Below are positions 1 through 54,921 of a DNA stretch of 64,000 nucleotides, in pieces (the stretch's first letter is position 1; every line of letters starts with the position of its first letter). The DNA lies in assembly GCA_012295275.1 (NCBI GenBank), contig CM022665.1:8184001-8248000 (forward strand). The letters run 5' to 3'. Position numbers and translations under genes: made by a program. The notes under the pieces were generated by a model. It searched no databases. It saw only the letters and a program-made list of their open reading frames with translations, and had not been told where the DNA came from. Source of the DNA: Chrysomallon squamiferum (taxonomy: Eukaryota > Animalia > Mollusca).

Positions 1-913
1 GTGATCATGTGATGTAAACAAAATAATCTCTTTGTACCATTAAATTTTCTGGTACTTTCTATTTAAGGTAACATTTGAAATTTTTCAAATTTTGTTTTTC
101 TACCTATCCTCTGACAGTTTTGATACGTTTTACCTGGATTATGTCAGCAGATAACACTGTATAATGTGTAATTTATTAATTATACATTATAGGGATAACT
201 TATGAAAATAAAAAAATAACATAACCAAGATCTTGAATGATTGTTAGTGCAGTTGTTTTACTGTAGAACTTTCTCTGCAATAAACATAATTATTATTGCT
301 AATAATATGTTGAATTAAATAATTTCATTTAATAATTTTACTACTGATGACAAGATTAAAATCCATGAAAAATTCTTGTTATTGGAGTTCATTCTGAAAT
401 AAAATAAATACAAAAATAATCATAATAATAAAAAATAAAAATAATAATTAATGAATTTTATGAAATGTCTTAAATGCAGAAAAATGAAAAATGTATTAAT
501 TCAGCTGAAAATAATGTCTGTTGTTTAATAGTACTGTAATTTATAAATCAGGTATTAATGATAAAATATTTTAAAATAATGACTGAGGTTAGATAAATTT
601 TAATGAATAATTATCCTTTATGGAAATTATTTATTATAATGGATACTACATGTTTAAATTTAATTTTAGTAATATTTACTGTACTGTAATATGACCAAAA
701 AAAAAATTTCAAATTTATTTTACTATGAGTTTCTATTATTTACTTTGGATATCTTAAAATACAGTTTCAGTTTAAACATGCCTTTCTTTTATTAATCTTT
801 ATACCTGTTAACGGAATTGAAGAAAGCATAAATTTACATGATTTTAATTTAGATCTAAGATTAATTTTAATAGATTTTATATCTTATTATCAATTGTTAT
901 TTTTTAATTTTAG

Positions 914-42100
<41,187 letters not shown>

Positions 42101-45032
42101 AATAGATATAGGGAATATATGTACTGACTTTTTCTGACTTAAAACTGAATACAGTAGACTGTTCAAATCTTGTAACTGTTTTGTAATACCTGAGTTTATC
42201 ATACATACAGACTATATTAGTCAATTCTTAATATATTTGTGATAGTAAAAGAAATAAAAGAAACAATTATGATATTACATATAAATTACAGAGGAGCTGT
42301 AAATGAAACTTTTTAATAATATTTGCAACACAAAACTGTTTAGATTGAAATTATTACTTTGTGGCTCGAAATGTTGATAATTTAGTGTACATGACTTATG
42401 AAGTGATTTTTCTGTTACATTGACATTTAATACATTATGTTAGTTTTAAATTTAATAATCATGATGTGTTGTTAAAACAATTTTTATTTATTATTTTTAT
42501 TTTTTCATTTTAATTGTATGCTGTTATTCTTGTTTTGACATCTGCTTGTTTTTAGTTGTTTCTAGTACAATTTTGTGTTATTGGTATAAGAAAAACATAA
42601 TTATGGAAAATTAATTTTTATTATATATAAAATATTGATGGGGAGACTTATAATTGCCATTAAAATTTGTTTTAAAAGTTATCTTGAAAATACTTTACAT
42701 TGTTTCTATGACTAAAGTATTTTATGTCCACATATTTGTAATTGGTTATTAATAGTGTATTGTACTGCTTGATTTGTTTTTATTATTTTGTATTTTATAT
42801 GATGTTACATCTTGCGTATTTGTATTTTAAATAACATACTGTATTTTAGGATAATTAGTATTAGAACTTTATTATTGTTATTGTTTTTGGAGAATAAGAT
42901 TTTTCTATATGAAAATGAAAAATTGGGTCCAATTCCAATTAATTAAAAATTAACATGCTTATGTTTGGCTTAAAATAATGTCTTATGCTTATAATGTGTG
43001 TTTTTAACTATTATTTGATGAACATATTTCATGCTTCAATTATTAACAGTGATGTTTATTAGTGTTTTATATCATGTTACATCTTGCTGGATTTCCTTAA
43101 TGTTTGTAAAACAGTCTACAATACTTTGTTCTAAAACTTTATTATTGTTACATTTTTGTAACATTCTTAATGTCTGTATTTCAGATGTTGTAAAATAGTT
43201 TAGAATACATTATTTTAAAACTTTTTTTTTATGATCACCGTTGTTTACTTACTATGGAAAATAATATTTTATTTTTATAACATTCTTTGTGTTTGTATTT
43301 TAGAAATACTTTAGTATAGATTGTATTAGAACAATTATTATCATTGTTTTTGAAGAAAAAATATGTCTGTGTTAAAATGAAAAATCAAATTAAGTTCCAA
43401 GTAATTAAAAATTAATGTTGTTTAAATGTAATTTGATAGTGTGTGTGTGTACATATACATATAGATACTTATTTATTTATTTTGTGCAGTGATGTTATAC
43501 ATTTCTTCATGAACAATAACATACTACTAAATGTTATGTGTCAGTTTCTGGTGATATCCAGACTACTTTATATATGCTGAATTGATTTTATTTGCCTAAA
43601 TTTTTAGTTTTTTATTTTATTTTATAAGAAACGAATTTATATATATATAAATGGTATTATTTTATGCAAAATGTAATGATCAAGTTGAATTTATAATATG
43701 CACACTTGATAACAAATTGGTATATTTTATAACTTTTCATGTAGTTTTTTATTTAGTGCATGATTTAACGTTAGGAAAATACATTTTTAGAAAATATTCT
43801 TCTGCAGATGTATTAAATTATTATGGAATTATTTTATAATTATGTTTTTATGATAATTGTAATAACCTTTCAACAAGTTTTACCATTATTTGCTTTGACA
43901 TAAATATTATTAGCTTGGAATGTTTTATTACAGATGTTTTATTACTATTACTAGTTATCATCGTTATTAACTATGTCTTGCATTAACAAATCGTATAATT
44001 TGAAAAACCTGAATTTTTCAATAATTTAATTCAATATATATTATCGGTATGTATCATTAATTTTTTTTTAAAGTTTATTGGTGTGATATTTCCTTGCTTT
44101 TGTAGCAGTTCAATTAATATTGAATGTATAATAGTAAGTGTTTTGTTTAAACTGTCTGAAATTAGATAAAATCATATTGGATGTTACATTTTTGACAGAA
44201 CCCAATCAACCAACTGCTTTATTGTCAGTATTTTTAATATTTGACTTGAATTAATAATTTTTCATATTATTTGTTATCTTCATTTTAAATTAATTTATTT
44301 TTCTCTGTTTTTGGAATATTTAACTACAGTAGATTCAGTGACTGTTGTGTTTTGTTATCTAATCTGATTTATATATATATATATATATACATGCAAAATG
44401 TTAATATTTTAATGGATATGTTTGTATGAATGTATCAAGGTATTGTCATTTATTGTTACATTTATATTACTTAATACAGACGAATAATGTATTTTTTTAT
44501 GGCTCATAAATGACAAATATTCTTGTATACATCATTTATTTACAGAAAATAATTCACAGTTATCTTATTAAAATTCAACTATGTATTGTTGCCTCATTTT
44601 AAATAATAGTACTGGAGATAATATGACAGAAGCAAATAAAAATTCACTTAAATCATTCTGCATTACATTGTTTTTAATACCTGAATATTGCAAAATAATT
44701 ATTGATAAAAGAAAAAACCCAGCAGTTTCTAAAAAAGACTTTCTTTGTTTCACAAATAGTGCTTAAAAAGCATGTGGAAACTAGATTTGATTAGATCATT
44801 CTTATTTTCAGCAAGACATTATTAATTTTAATTCATCTATTAAATATATATATATAGTTATTTTTAGACTGAATTCAATATAATTTCAGAATATATAATA
44901 AGGTTTAGAAAGGAGAGCTACAATTATTGCTGTATTTTTCAAAATGTATATTTTGAGAAAGATTTTGTATAATCTTTTCCAACATTTTATCACATAATTA
45001 TTTCTGTATATTATTTATTATTATTATATATA

Positions 45033-45070
<38 letters not shown>

Positions 45071-45544
45071 CATCTTTGATTAAACTAAGAATATCTGTTT
45101 CAGCTTTGATCAAAATGTACTAATATTAATTTTGTTGTCCATTTTCTTATATTCATATTATTAACTTTATTTTTAGTATTTTATATTATGGAATATATAA
45201 CATGAAAGACTTAGAGAATTTGATTAATTTTCTTTTAATTTGAGTATAATCTAATAAATTTTACAATTAATATTACAATATATGCCACATATTTTAGCTT
45301 TATGCATTATATTCTAATATTTTGCTTAATAAAGTAGCTTTTCTGTTTAACTTTGTTGTTATTTGTGCTTTTATTTTCATTATCATTATCATCATCATCA
45401 TCATTTATTTTTATTTATTTGTTGCTTGGTTTTTTTCTTATGTGACAATATTCTGTAAATTACCAAATATCTAGGGTAAGCTTTGTGGTCCTAAAACATT
45501 GCTGTAATTATCAATTAAGAATTATCTGATACCCACTTAAAGGA

Positions 45545-46340
45545 TACTGACAAGAACTGGTTAAAAACTGCAGTGGGTATTATGTATCAAAATCAGAAGA
45601 AAAAAAAAGAGCTGAAAATAATGCCATTTTTGCTTGGTCAGTAAACCAGGTGTTGCACTGTGCATCCTGTGTAATAAACTAATCCACTATGGCTCAAAGG
45701 GAACAGTAACACTGGATGAACCCTGTTCAAAATATCTTTTAAATGTGCTGCAAGAATTTGCTGTTAGATAAATTAATTTAAGATGCTTGTTTATATGTTA
45801 AAATAGTAATTCTATCTATTCTTTATTATTATTTTAACTGTTCTTTGTTTTTAACATTACATAATATTGGTCAGTATGAGCAAAACAAATTGAACCCACT
45901 GAAAGAGTCACCGTATAAGTCACAGTGGGCATAGAAAACGAGATTTAAAAATACTATACAGATGAATGCTGTAAACAAATGTATGATTGTTACTTAGTAA
46001 ATAGCAAGTTGGCAACAATGAAACTGATCAAGGTTGAATTAATGCTCATAGAATTTTATACAAAGCTAAATTTGCTATTGACAACTTAACATGAAAATAA
46101 CAGAAACTGTAAAAAGTCACTATTTCCAATTGTAAAATTGCTCTAAAATATTCCTGCATCAATGAAAATTGTCAAGTTTTTGTCTTATATTTTTATTTAC
46201 AGCAAACCAAATGAAGAAATGGTCACTGAAACAGTACCTGAATTTCAAGTAGACTTCTTACAATATTCTGAACTAGTAATATTAAATGCAGAATGTCAGT
46301 TCACAGAAAACTGCAGTTTTGATTATTTTTACTTAGAGGT
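45545..46340 (+). mobile_element. Highly decayed DNA transposon (hAT-like transposase) remnant
   Basis: 45643-45726 translates KPGVALCILCNKLIHYGSKGTVTLDEPC, resembling the BED-like finger PGxAxCxxCxKxIxYGSxGxxxLxxH of hAT-type transposases. It is preceded by KNWLKTAV. Weaker downstream pieces are YKAKFAI and FLSYIFIYSKPNEEMVTE. Many stops, and no TIRs were recognised. Confidence 0.4.
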
Positions 46341-47575
46341 AGCTTGTCTGTTATAGGTGAAAAAAAATATATAATCAGCAAAACTTTTTAATTTGTACAG
46401 AAAAAGGAACAAAGATGATTAGGCCATACCCAGAAGTAAATAAAAATTACAATATAACAACCAGTAATAAAATTAAAAATTAAAACTGTTAAAACATCCT
46501 ACAACAGAATTGTAATAGTCTAAAATGACTAAATGGTCTATGTGGCTTAAGTTTAAATAACAAAAACAATAACAACAACAACAATAATAATAAAATTACA
46601 ACTGATTGTAAAGTGTGCTCTTGTGATAGTTTGCCATCGTTATTAAGACTTCATAATTCAATACTGTGAACATAATGTATTTGTTACAGTGTTTACATAC
46701 ATACATACATACGTACATAAACTGTATGCATAGATGTTACATCTACAACAAGCTCAACAATAATCAGTGTCTAAAATCTTTTCTTATTAGCTTGCTTTTT
46801 AATATGTATTTAATATTATTTATTTTAATTATAGTTTGTTTATAAGATTCTAAATGTGAGTAGTTTGTTTAAAAAATTCTAAATGTAATTTTATTTACGT
46901 GAATGCCCCTGTTTTTCTAGGTGAACCATTTTCATGCACTGTGGTTTCACACATTAATGTGCCCTGTGCCTTCTGTGTGTGTGATGTTTTGCTCATGGAA
47001 TATTTGTTTTCAAATTGAAGTGTATTCTCAAAATAAACACTGTCTCTCCATCCAATCTTTTAAGCGCTTAAAAACTGATCTGGCTCCTACTTTCCTAACT
47101 GAACTGGGCAATGTTGAGCCACGTGGGCCCAATCTGAAAAACAGAGCTTCAAAATAGATGTAAATCAGTACATCTAAAATCATTTTGGAAGATGCCAAAC
47201 AAATTTGTTTAGGTCTCACCCAATTCCACACCCTACTAGTAATTAGGTCAAAATGACCCCATTACCTTCCGTTCTAGACAAGCTGTTTGCACAAGCTGAG
47301 AGACACATCTGAACCTTTGAAAGACAGTGATAAACTATTTTAGATTGGACATGACATTAAACATCATTACAAATAATTTTCTGTACTGTTATAAATAACA
47401 GTTTTAAATACTGTTATATCACCAATGTTACCTTATAGTCAAACAAGATAGACAATGTACAAAATTTATGTACATTGTTTAGTAAATATCTTTTGGGTAT
47501 TATATAAAAATGTTTCTCCTACATACTCATTGTTTTCACTGAATGTTACAAACATAGATAATACTGATAATACTC

Positions 47576-49039
47576 CTAGACAGAAGTTGACAATAAACTA
47601 ATCTGATCATCATCACGTTTCTCTGGGTCAACACTACACCCATCTGATACGGATACTTGTGGACACAGGCTCTCTGAGTGATCTGGATGTGGTGGAATAG
47701 TTTCTTTTTGGTTTTCATGATCTTCTTCTGCATCTTCTGGCAAAGGTGGAGGTAAATAATTATCGACACTGGGAGGTGTTAGAGGATCCATGACAAAAAC
47801 AGCTGCAACTGTAACAACTGTTGTTGCAGATGCTGTTTTAACAGGAACAGACGGTGTTTCGATATCAACTGGAGTATCCAGTTGTGTTTGTTCAGTTTGC
47901 TTTTGATCAGAAGCAGACTCTAAAGTGGAGTCAGGTGGCCTTTGAATACTGACCTCTGTATCACTTTCAAATTCCTTTTCACACAAAGGAGAAGAAGAAA
48001 GTTTATTTACTTTAGGGGGCGTTTGTGCTGTTGCATCAGACAAAGTGCCTGATGTTATAGTGTCTTCTCCTTGGCCAGGTGTCTCTACAAGCCTCTCTCT
48101 TTGAGGTGATGGTGAGAGTGGCAATAATGGAATACAAGCAGAATTAGCTGGTGGAGATGGTGGTAACTCCATCTGAAATAATTCGTCGTCTGAACATTGT
48201 GTTGTAATATCTGGTTCTGCTGCTGGAATGTCAACAGGCAGTGTCTCATAACCAGAGTCAGTATGTTCTGGTTTAGGACTTGCACCTTTGTCTTTCTTGT
48301 TATGGCTGGTATAAAAAAGTGGTGAACCTCTTCCTTGATCACTTTCCATTTGTGCATTTGTAACTGATGGTGAATGAGGAGATGCTGTATCTGCTGTTCT
48401 TTCTTTGGTCCTCTGATCTTCTGTTCTTTCCTGGAGATCAGTTTGGTCAGTTCTGCTGACATTTTCATGTATTGTTTTGAAGACAGGTGTTGATAGTTTA
48501 GGTGTTCCCCTTAATCTTTCAGTTATTCCAGTCACTGGACTTCCATAACCAGGTGATTTGCTTAATGTCTGATGTTGATCAACAATCCTACTGGGAGATG
48601 CATAGGAACCTTGAAGAACATTATCAAAGTCTTGAGAATGAATGGAAAATGACAGGTCTGTCTGACATGCTGCATCATTAACCACACCTACTGGCTCATC
48701 TACTTCTTCTCTGCTAGATGGCATGTACCTTGGTCTTCTTCTAGGTGTACTTGATGAAATATTAATCACTTCACTGTGCATAAAATTATTCTGTAATTCA
48801 CAACAAAATAAACAAAAATAAATGTATTTAACAAAGTATTAAATTACTTGCCTGTATGTGTATTTCTTTAATTCTTTCCTCATTAATACTTTGTAACTTT
48901 AAATTTTGGATATTCACATAAACCAAACAGATTGCAAAAAAAACAACCAAAAACAACAACTAAAAAATGAAGTATATGTAACCTATTATGCATACTTCAC
49001 CATCAAAACATATTTGGGGATTAAAGAAAGCATTAAAAA

Positions 49040-49073
<34 letters not shown>

Positions 49074-50216
49074 GTGCATATTATTAATATTCGTCTTTTT
49101 TTTAATCTTTGTTGAAAATATTTGTGCCACTGTTACAGACTTACTGATAAATGATTGAATATAATTTTTCAATTAAATGATCTATTCTTTGTGCATTTTC
49201 TATCAAACTTTGAAATATATTTGGAGAATACTAACTAAGAAAAAACCCAGCTGGTAATCAAAATATTCTACTGTATAAAAACAATTTAGACACCAACATT
49301 ATCGATCAAAATACCTAGGAAAGATAAAAATTGCCAGTTTGGAGGGCTTTAATTAGCTGTCTAATATAATCTTGTATTTTACTTTTTATTTTATTTCAAA
49401 TAAAACATTAATCAGTCTATGTTTTGCATTTAAGATGATACTCAAACAAGTATGCTTCTCCAATGCTTATTCTAAACAGTGTAGTCTAACTACATTAATC
49501 GCAACCCTAAGTATACAAACCCTGCATGAATGGCATCTAGGTGAACTGCTGACAATCAGTGCTGGACCAGAAAAGCGCATTGGTGATGCTGGAGACCTTC
49601 CAGATGCTCTAAGCATTTCAGATAAAACCTGATCATTCCTCTCAAGTAAAGACAGATCAAAGTCTACATCTCTCATGCCAGGTCTGAAAGCAATGTTTCC
49701 AGGCAAGATAGTCACTCGATTCCTGTTGTTTACAAAGTAAGTGCCCCATTCAGACTCTAAGACTGATGGTGATTCCGGCTGAACGGATTCGCTATCTTTA
49801 TGAGATCCAATCAAAGTTATTTTCGATGCAATGGAAGGAACTCTGCTCAATGTTATAAAGTCTACAACGTCCTCTTCGTCAACTGTTCTAGGAAACTGAA
49901 GTTCTTGGAGAATTTTATCTTTTGTTGATGTTCTCTGCGCCCATGGAATAAGAAACATCATTACTGCTCCTGACAGTATCGGAATACCAGCTATATGGAA
50001 GGCTACATTGTATGAACCAGTTGAATCGTACAGAAATCCTTAACAAGATAATAATAATAATAATAATAATAATAAAGAATTAAATAACAGGGTAAACAAA
50101 AAATAATGGTAATTAATAAATAAATATAAAACAATAAACAAATTTTGGTGGTAATCAGAGAATCATACGAAATGCAGAGTTTATTATATATTGATCTAGA
50201 AGTATCGGAAGTAACA

Positions 50217-50265
<49 letters not shown>

Positions 50266-53200
50266 TTAAATAAAAATTAAAATTAAAATAAAATTGCTAA
50301 CACCAAAATTGAAGATAATAAACATCCGGGCTAGTGCAAAAAATAAAAACAAGAACCACAAAAAATACAATGATAATAATAATGCAGATTAAGATAGGTA
50401 CCTAACACTGTAAATTCTAACCTGCAACAGGTGGTCCTAGAGTGAATGTTATAGAGGATGTACCAATTAGAAAGCCCCAGGCAAGCATCATTCTTTCTGT
50501 TCCAACTATAGAACACGTTAGTAACGGTAGCAGGACAACATAACATCCGTCAACAAGACCAACCACAACGATATAAGCTGCAATTCCAGGAAAGGTCGTT
50601 ATCATGGGGAGAAATATTGTCCCAGTTCCAGTGACAACCATAGAAAGCTGGTGCATCCGTATTCTATCAAGAATGCCAAACTGTACAATTTTACCAAAGA
50701 GAATTCTTCCTGAAGCTGTACTCGCTCCAAGAATCATTATCAGAATAGAGGCTTTGCCTGAACTGATACCACAGTCAGATGCATATGCTACCTGAATTAA
50801 AAAAAAAAATAAAAATAAAACAAGAAATATTTATTATTGGAAGATAAATAAATAACAAAGAAACTAACAAATAAATAAACAAAGGTACAAGCAAACAAAT
50901 AAATGAACATATAAAATGAAAGTTAACTACTATATGTAAACAATGAACAAAGACGTACAATTCTGCATGTGTTGTTTGTTTGTTTTGTTTTTGTTTTTTT
51001 GTTGCTGTTTCTTTTTTGTTATGTAAATCTTACCAAATGAACATAAGGGATATAATATCCAAACATTACAGAGGTTATAGCACAGGTCCATACAATGAAA
51101 ACTCGATTTTTCCACAATTTTAGATCTTCCATGAGCTTTCTGAGTGGTGATGATCTAACCTGTTGAAGGGGTGTTTTATGTTTGCGAGAAATCGGAAATA
51201 ATAAAATATTACATATCATGCTGAATCCACACGTACCAGCAAAAACTCTGAAAATTAAAATAACACCCATTTATTCCAAAATAAATGATAATCTGTGTGT
51301 GCAGTTCCCATTAATTGTTTTACTGATTTTCATTTTCATCAATTTATTTTGTATGTATATGTATATATGTATATTACAGGCAATCGCTAGAATGCCTGAA
51401 TATTTCAAACTACACACTGCCTGACATTTAAAGATGATTTCTCCATACATTGCCTGAAATGAAAGATCCATTATTCATTCATAGCAATTGTTGTAAAGGT
51501 AAACACAGCTAACAGCAACATGTAATGTTATTTATGTAATTTATTTCAAAGTAAAATATCAGTTTACAGATTGCCTGATTTTGAACATTATCTGTAACAC
51601 ACACACACACACACACAATGGGCAAATGGTTAAAAAAAATTTACAAATGTATCTGTGTGCATTTAGTTATTAAAAAAAAAAAAAAACAATTGATGAATAT
51701 ATTTAGCATTCATTATTAAGTGTTTTTATATTTTATATGTACATTCATTCTCATTCTTAATTAAGAGTACTTAAGTTTAACCAAGTTTGAAAAGAATTTA
51801 TAAGTAAAAGATTAACATTCTACCTGTTCTGCTAAATGTATACATTTAGAGCATTAAACTCTAAGTAAGCTTACCTTAAAGCTTACCTTAAGGCATTCCT
51901 CCAACCTACACTGGTCACCAAAAAGTGAGACAACGGCGCCATCACCAAAGTACCAACACTACTGCCAGCAGAAATCACTCCCATTGTGATCGTAATATAT
52001 TTATCAAAGTATTCCTGCGAGATGGTCACGGTACATGTAATTGCCAAAGAAGCACCGATTCCAAAAATGACAGAAAAGGATCCAAACAGGATTGGAAAAG
52101 ATGTCACAAATGAAGATGTTAAATTTGCAATGGCACAAAGTGCAGCTCCTATCATCATCACGCATCTGTGTCCATATTTGTTACTAAGAATACTGGAAGC
52201 AGGACCCGAAAACATTGATATTCCATAGGCAACGGAACTAATCCAAGCTTTAAATAATAATAATAATAATAACAACAACAACCGTAATAACATCATGAAT
52301 AGGATAATATCAATAGCAAATGCTACAGTAAACGGTGAAAACAATCTGTCTAATGTTTTTAAAATCATTTGTGTTGCTAAGAACCAGTATTCTAAAAAGT
52401 CTAAGCCCCACCTACAATGTAGATGCAAATTATAAGTCAACTGTCTACATGCATTTCTTCTGGAATATATTAAATTATGTCTGAACTCTTAGTACATTAT
52501 TTAAAGATGTTTTGGTGTTTTTATCTAGTTAATTTTCGAGGAAAGCAAGGGATATGAACCTTCACTAGAAACAGCATTTATCAAATGATTGATTAGACAC
52601 TTTCTGAAGAGACCTGCTCCATATTATCATAACTCAGGCAATTATTTTCAGCTATGCTTACTTACAAAGACACGTATATCCAAACAAAGCAAAAGCAATT
52701 AACCATAAAATTGATAAATATATTGATTGAATGTTTTTTTGTGGGGTTTTTTTTTTTTTTTTTTGTTACATTACATGTAATGATACCGTAATAAGAAAAA
52801 AAAAAAAAAAAGAAAGAAAGAATGAAAGAAAAAAAAAAAATAAAAAAAAAAAAAAAAAAAAAAAAGAAAGAAAGAATGAAAGAAAAAAGTAAAAAAAAAA
52901 AAAAAAAAAAAAAGTCATCGACCATTTGGTTATTGTTTATTTGTACATAATCATTTTCGTCAGTTTTAATTTAACGGTGCAACATACTATCCGATTCAAA
53001 TGCTAGATCGAACTGTTTAGAAGTTATGTCCCGGTCATACACATCACTTACGCAGTAACCGATCGCAGATTTTCTTACTAATAATTACTTCAGTAAACTT
53101 TGTTCCATTTTACTTCTTTTTCTTCCTTTATACATTTCACGTTTCTAAACATTTTCGTTTTTCTTAGCCGATACATTAGCAGCGCATTTGCGCTTTGTTC

Positions 53201-53515
53201 TAATACTTGCTTGAGCAGCGTCATACAAAGAATTTCTGGTATATAAGCAAACTGTTCCGTTTTGTACAATCTCAATCTTTGCATTATGTAGTATGTCACC
53301 CGAGATACATTAATCGCAAGGCCGCTGTACAAATTTTATTTTATTTTTTAGTATACTATACGCGATGATGTAAAAGCTACAGCTTCAAAGAGCAGAAATT
53401 GTGAGGTAAATTGTGTTTTCTATCAGCAGAGATTAGCCATTAGACACACATACATCAGCAACATGGAAGTGTAGACAATGTAATTACTAAAATCATTATG
53501 AAGTTTAAATACTGT

Positions 53516-53548
<33 letters not shown>

Positions 53549-54591
53549 CTAAATTAAATAATTAATTGTACTACATAATTTATTATCAGTCTCAAAAACG
53601 TTTAACCACCAGAAACTACGCAGATTACAACTTTCTCCTATAAATACTTATTTAATTTGCTGCGTTCGCTATACATGCACGTTTTAAATGTGGTAAAGCA
53701 TTGCCGTAATAAATATTACGTTCCGTATATAAGCATAGAACATTAACAATCTTTCAGAAATATGAGTCTTTTTCATAATATAAAACAGTGTGTGTTTTTT
53801 TGTGTTAAATATGCCAATTCAGACATATAAATATACGTCTATCTTAGACATACATAAATGGATTTATTCATTGTTTATTCATGTTTTGTTTTTATCTCTT
53901 TCTTGATCTTACAGTTTCCTATTATTGTTCTGTTTCACTTCCATTCAGCATATGTTTTCAAACACAAAGTCAAAATGTCAGTCTGAATTTCAGCTGCTCA
54001 GTTATAATGATTTATTTGCTTATATTTACGAAAAATATTACTGTCAAATGTGAAACATTTCATGATTTTTAAATGGACAATTAAAAAGCATGCAGTTACA
54101 AAACAGCTGATGTATAACAGCTGATCAGAAGAAACGAGTAAGAGAGTGATGTACATCACTGTTAAGTTTGCAGAAGACTGCACTGGAAAATTGCATTATG
54201 TATATAGTGTGTGTGTGTGTGTGTGTGTGTGTTTTTTCTTTCTTTTTTTTCTCAAATTTCGACGTTTTAAAATTTCACCATTTATATTATATTTACACAT
54301 TCTTTGTCGGGAGCATTATGATTACATTTCTTGTTAATGCAGCAAAAAACATGATAAAGCAAAAATTTATTTCAAAATAATACCAGCGTTTCCTTTCGTT
54401 GTTTTAAATTCTTTTGTAAATTCCACAAAAATTACACCAAATCCATGAAGTATTCCCAGAATCAGAACATTGGTTTGAAATGCACAAAAACATGCAATCC
54501 ATGACCATTTGCTGTCCTTTGGAAAAATTAATTCATTTTTATTATTAGGTTCAGCTGTTAACTTGTCTTCGTTATTTCCAGTTTTCGTCAT
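47576..54591 (-). CDS. SLC16/monocarboxylate transporter family MFS protein (MCT8/MCT10-like), 6 exons, ~961 aa with a long disordered C-terminal tail
   Basis: Minus-strand exons are 54591-54384, 52247-51887, 51247-51034, 50791-50422, 50038-49521 and 48790-47576. All are GT-AG with compatible phases, totalling 2886 nt. MCT motifs: PKDSKWSWIAC (cf. PDGGWGW), AWISSVAYG, GPASSILSNKYGHR, EYFDK, GSSVGTL, GWRNALR, FGYYIPYVHLV, GRILFG, LGPPVAGFLYDSTGSYNVAF. Joining of the last exon is less certain (~0.75). Confidence 0.9.
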
Positions 54592-54866
54592 TTATCATTT
54601 TCTTTTTGGAAACAGCGTGTTGTATTGTCGGCCGAAAGAACAATTTCTTCACTGTAGACCATTTTCCTTTTATTTTTCAGTTTTTATAATCTGACGGTGG
54701 TAATTCAAACCGAGACCGTGACGTTAATTGTTTATGACTATTATCTCGGTTTCAGAGTTAGTGTAAATTACAAAATATAATTATAGTAAGCAATAATAAT
54801 AAATTTTGATTTGAAAAATATGTGTGATTGTGCGTATATTTTAAGTATGAATAAATACACTCATAA

Positions 54867-54868
<2 letters not shown>

Positions 54869-54919
<51 letters not shown>
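54869..54919. repeat. (CT)n microsatellite in the MCT/TFG divergent intergenic region
   Basis: Perfect CT run, directly visible. Confidence 0.95.

Positions 54920-54921
<2 letters not shown>

Noticed and set aside
48085-48468. 127-aa overlapping ORF in another frame of the MCT tail exon
   Set aside because: Shadow frame of a compositionally biased exon, with no independent signals.
52662-52925. Poly-Phe ORF and duplicated A-rich unit (AAAGAAAGAAAGAATGAAAGAAAAAA x2)
   Set aside because: Low-complexity homopolymer region. The duplication could be slippage or an assembly artefact.
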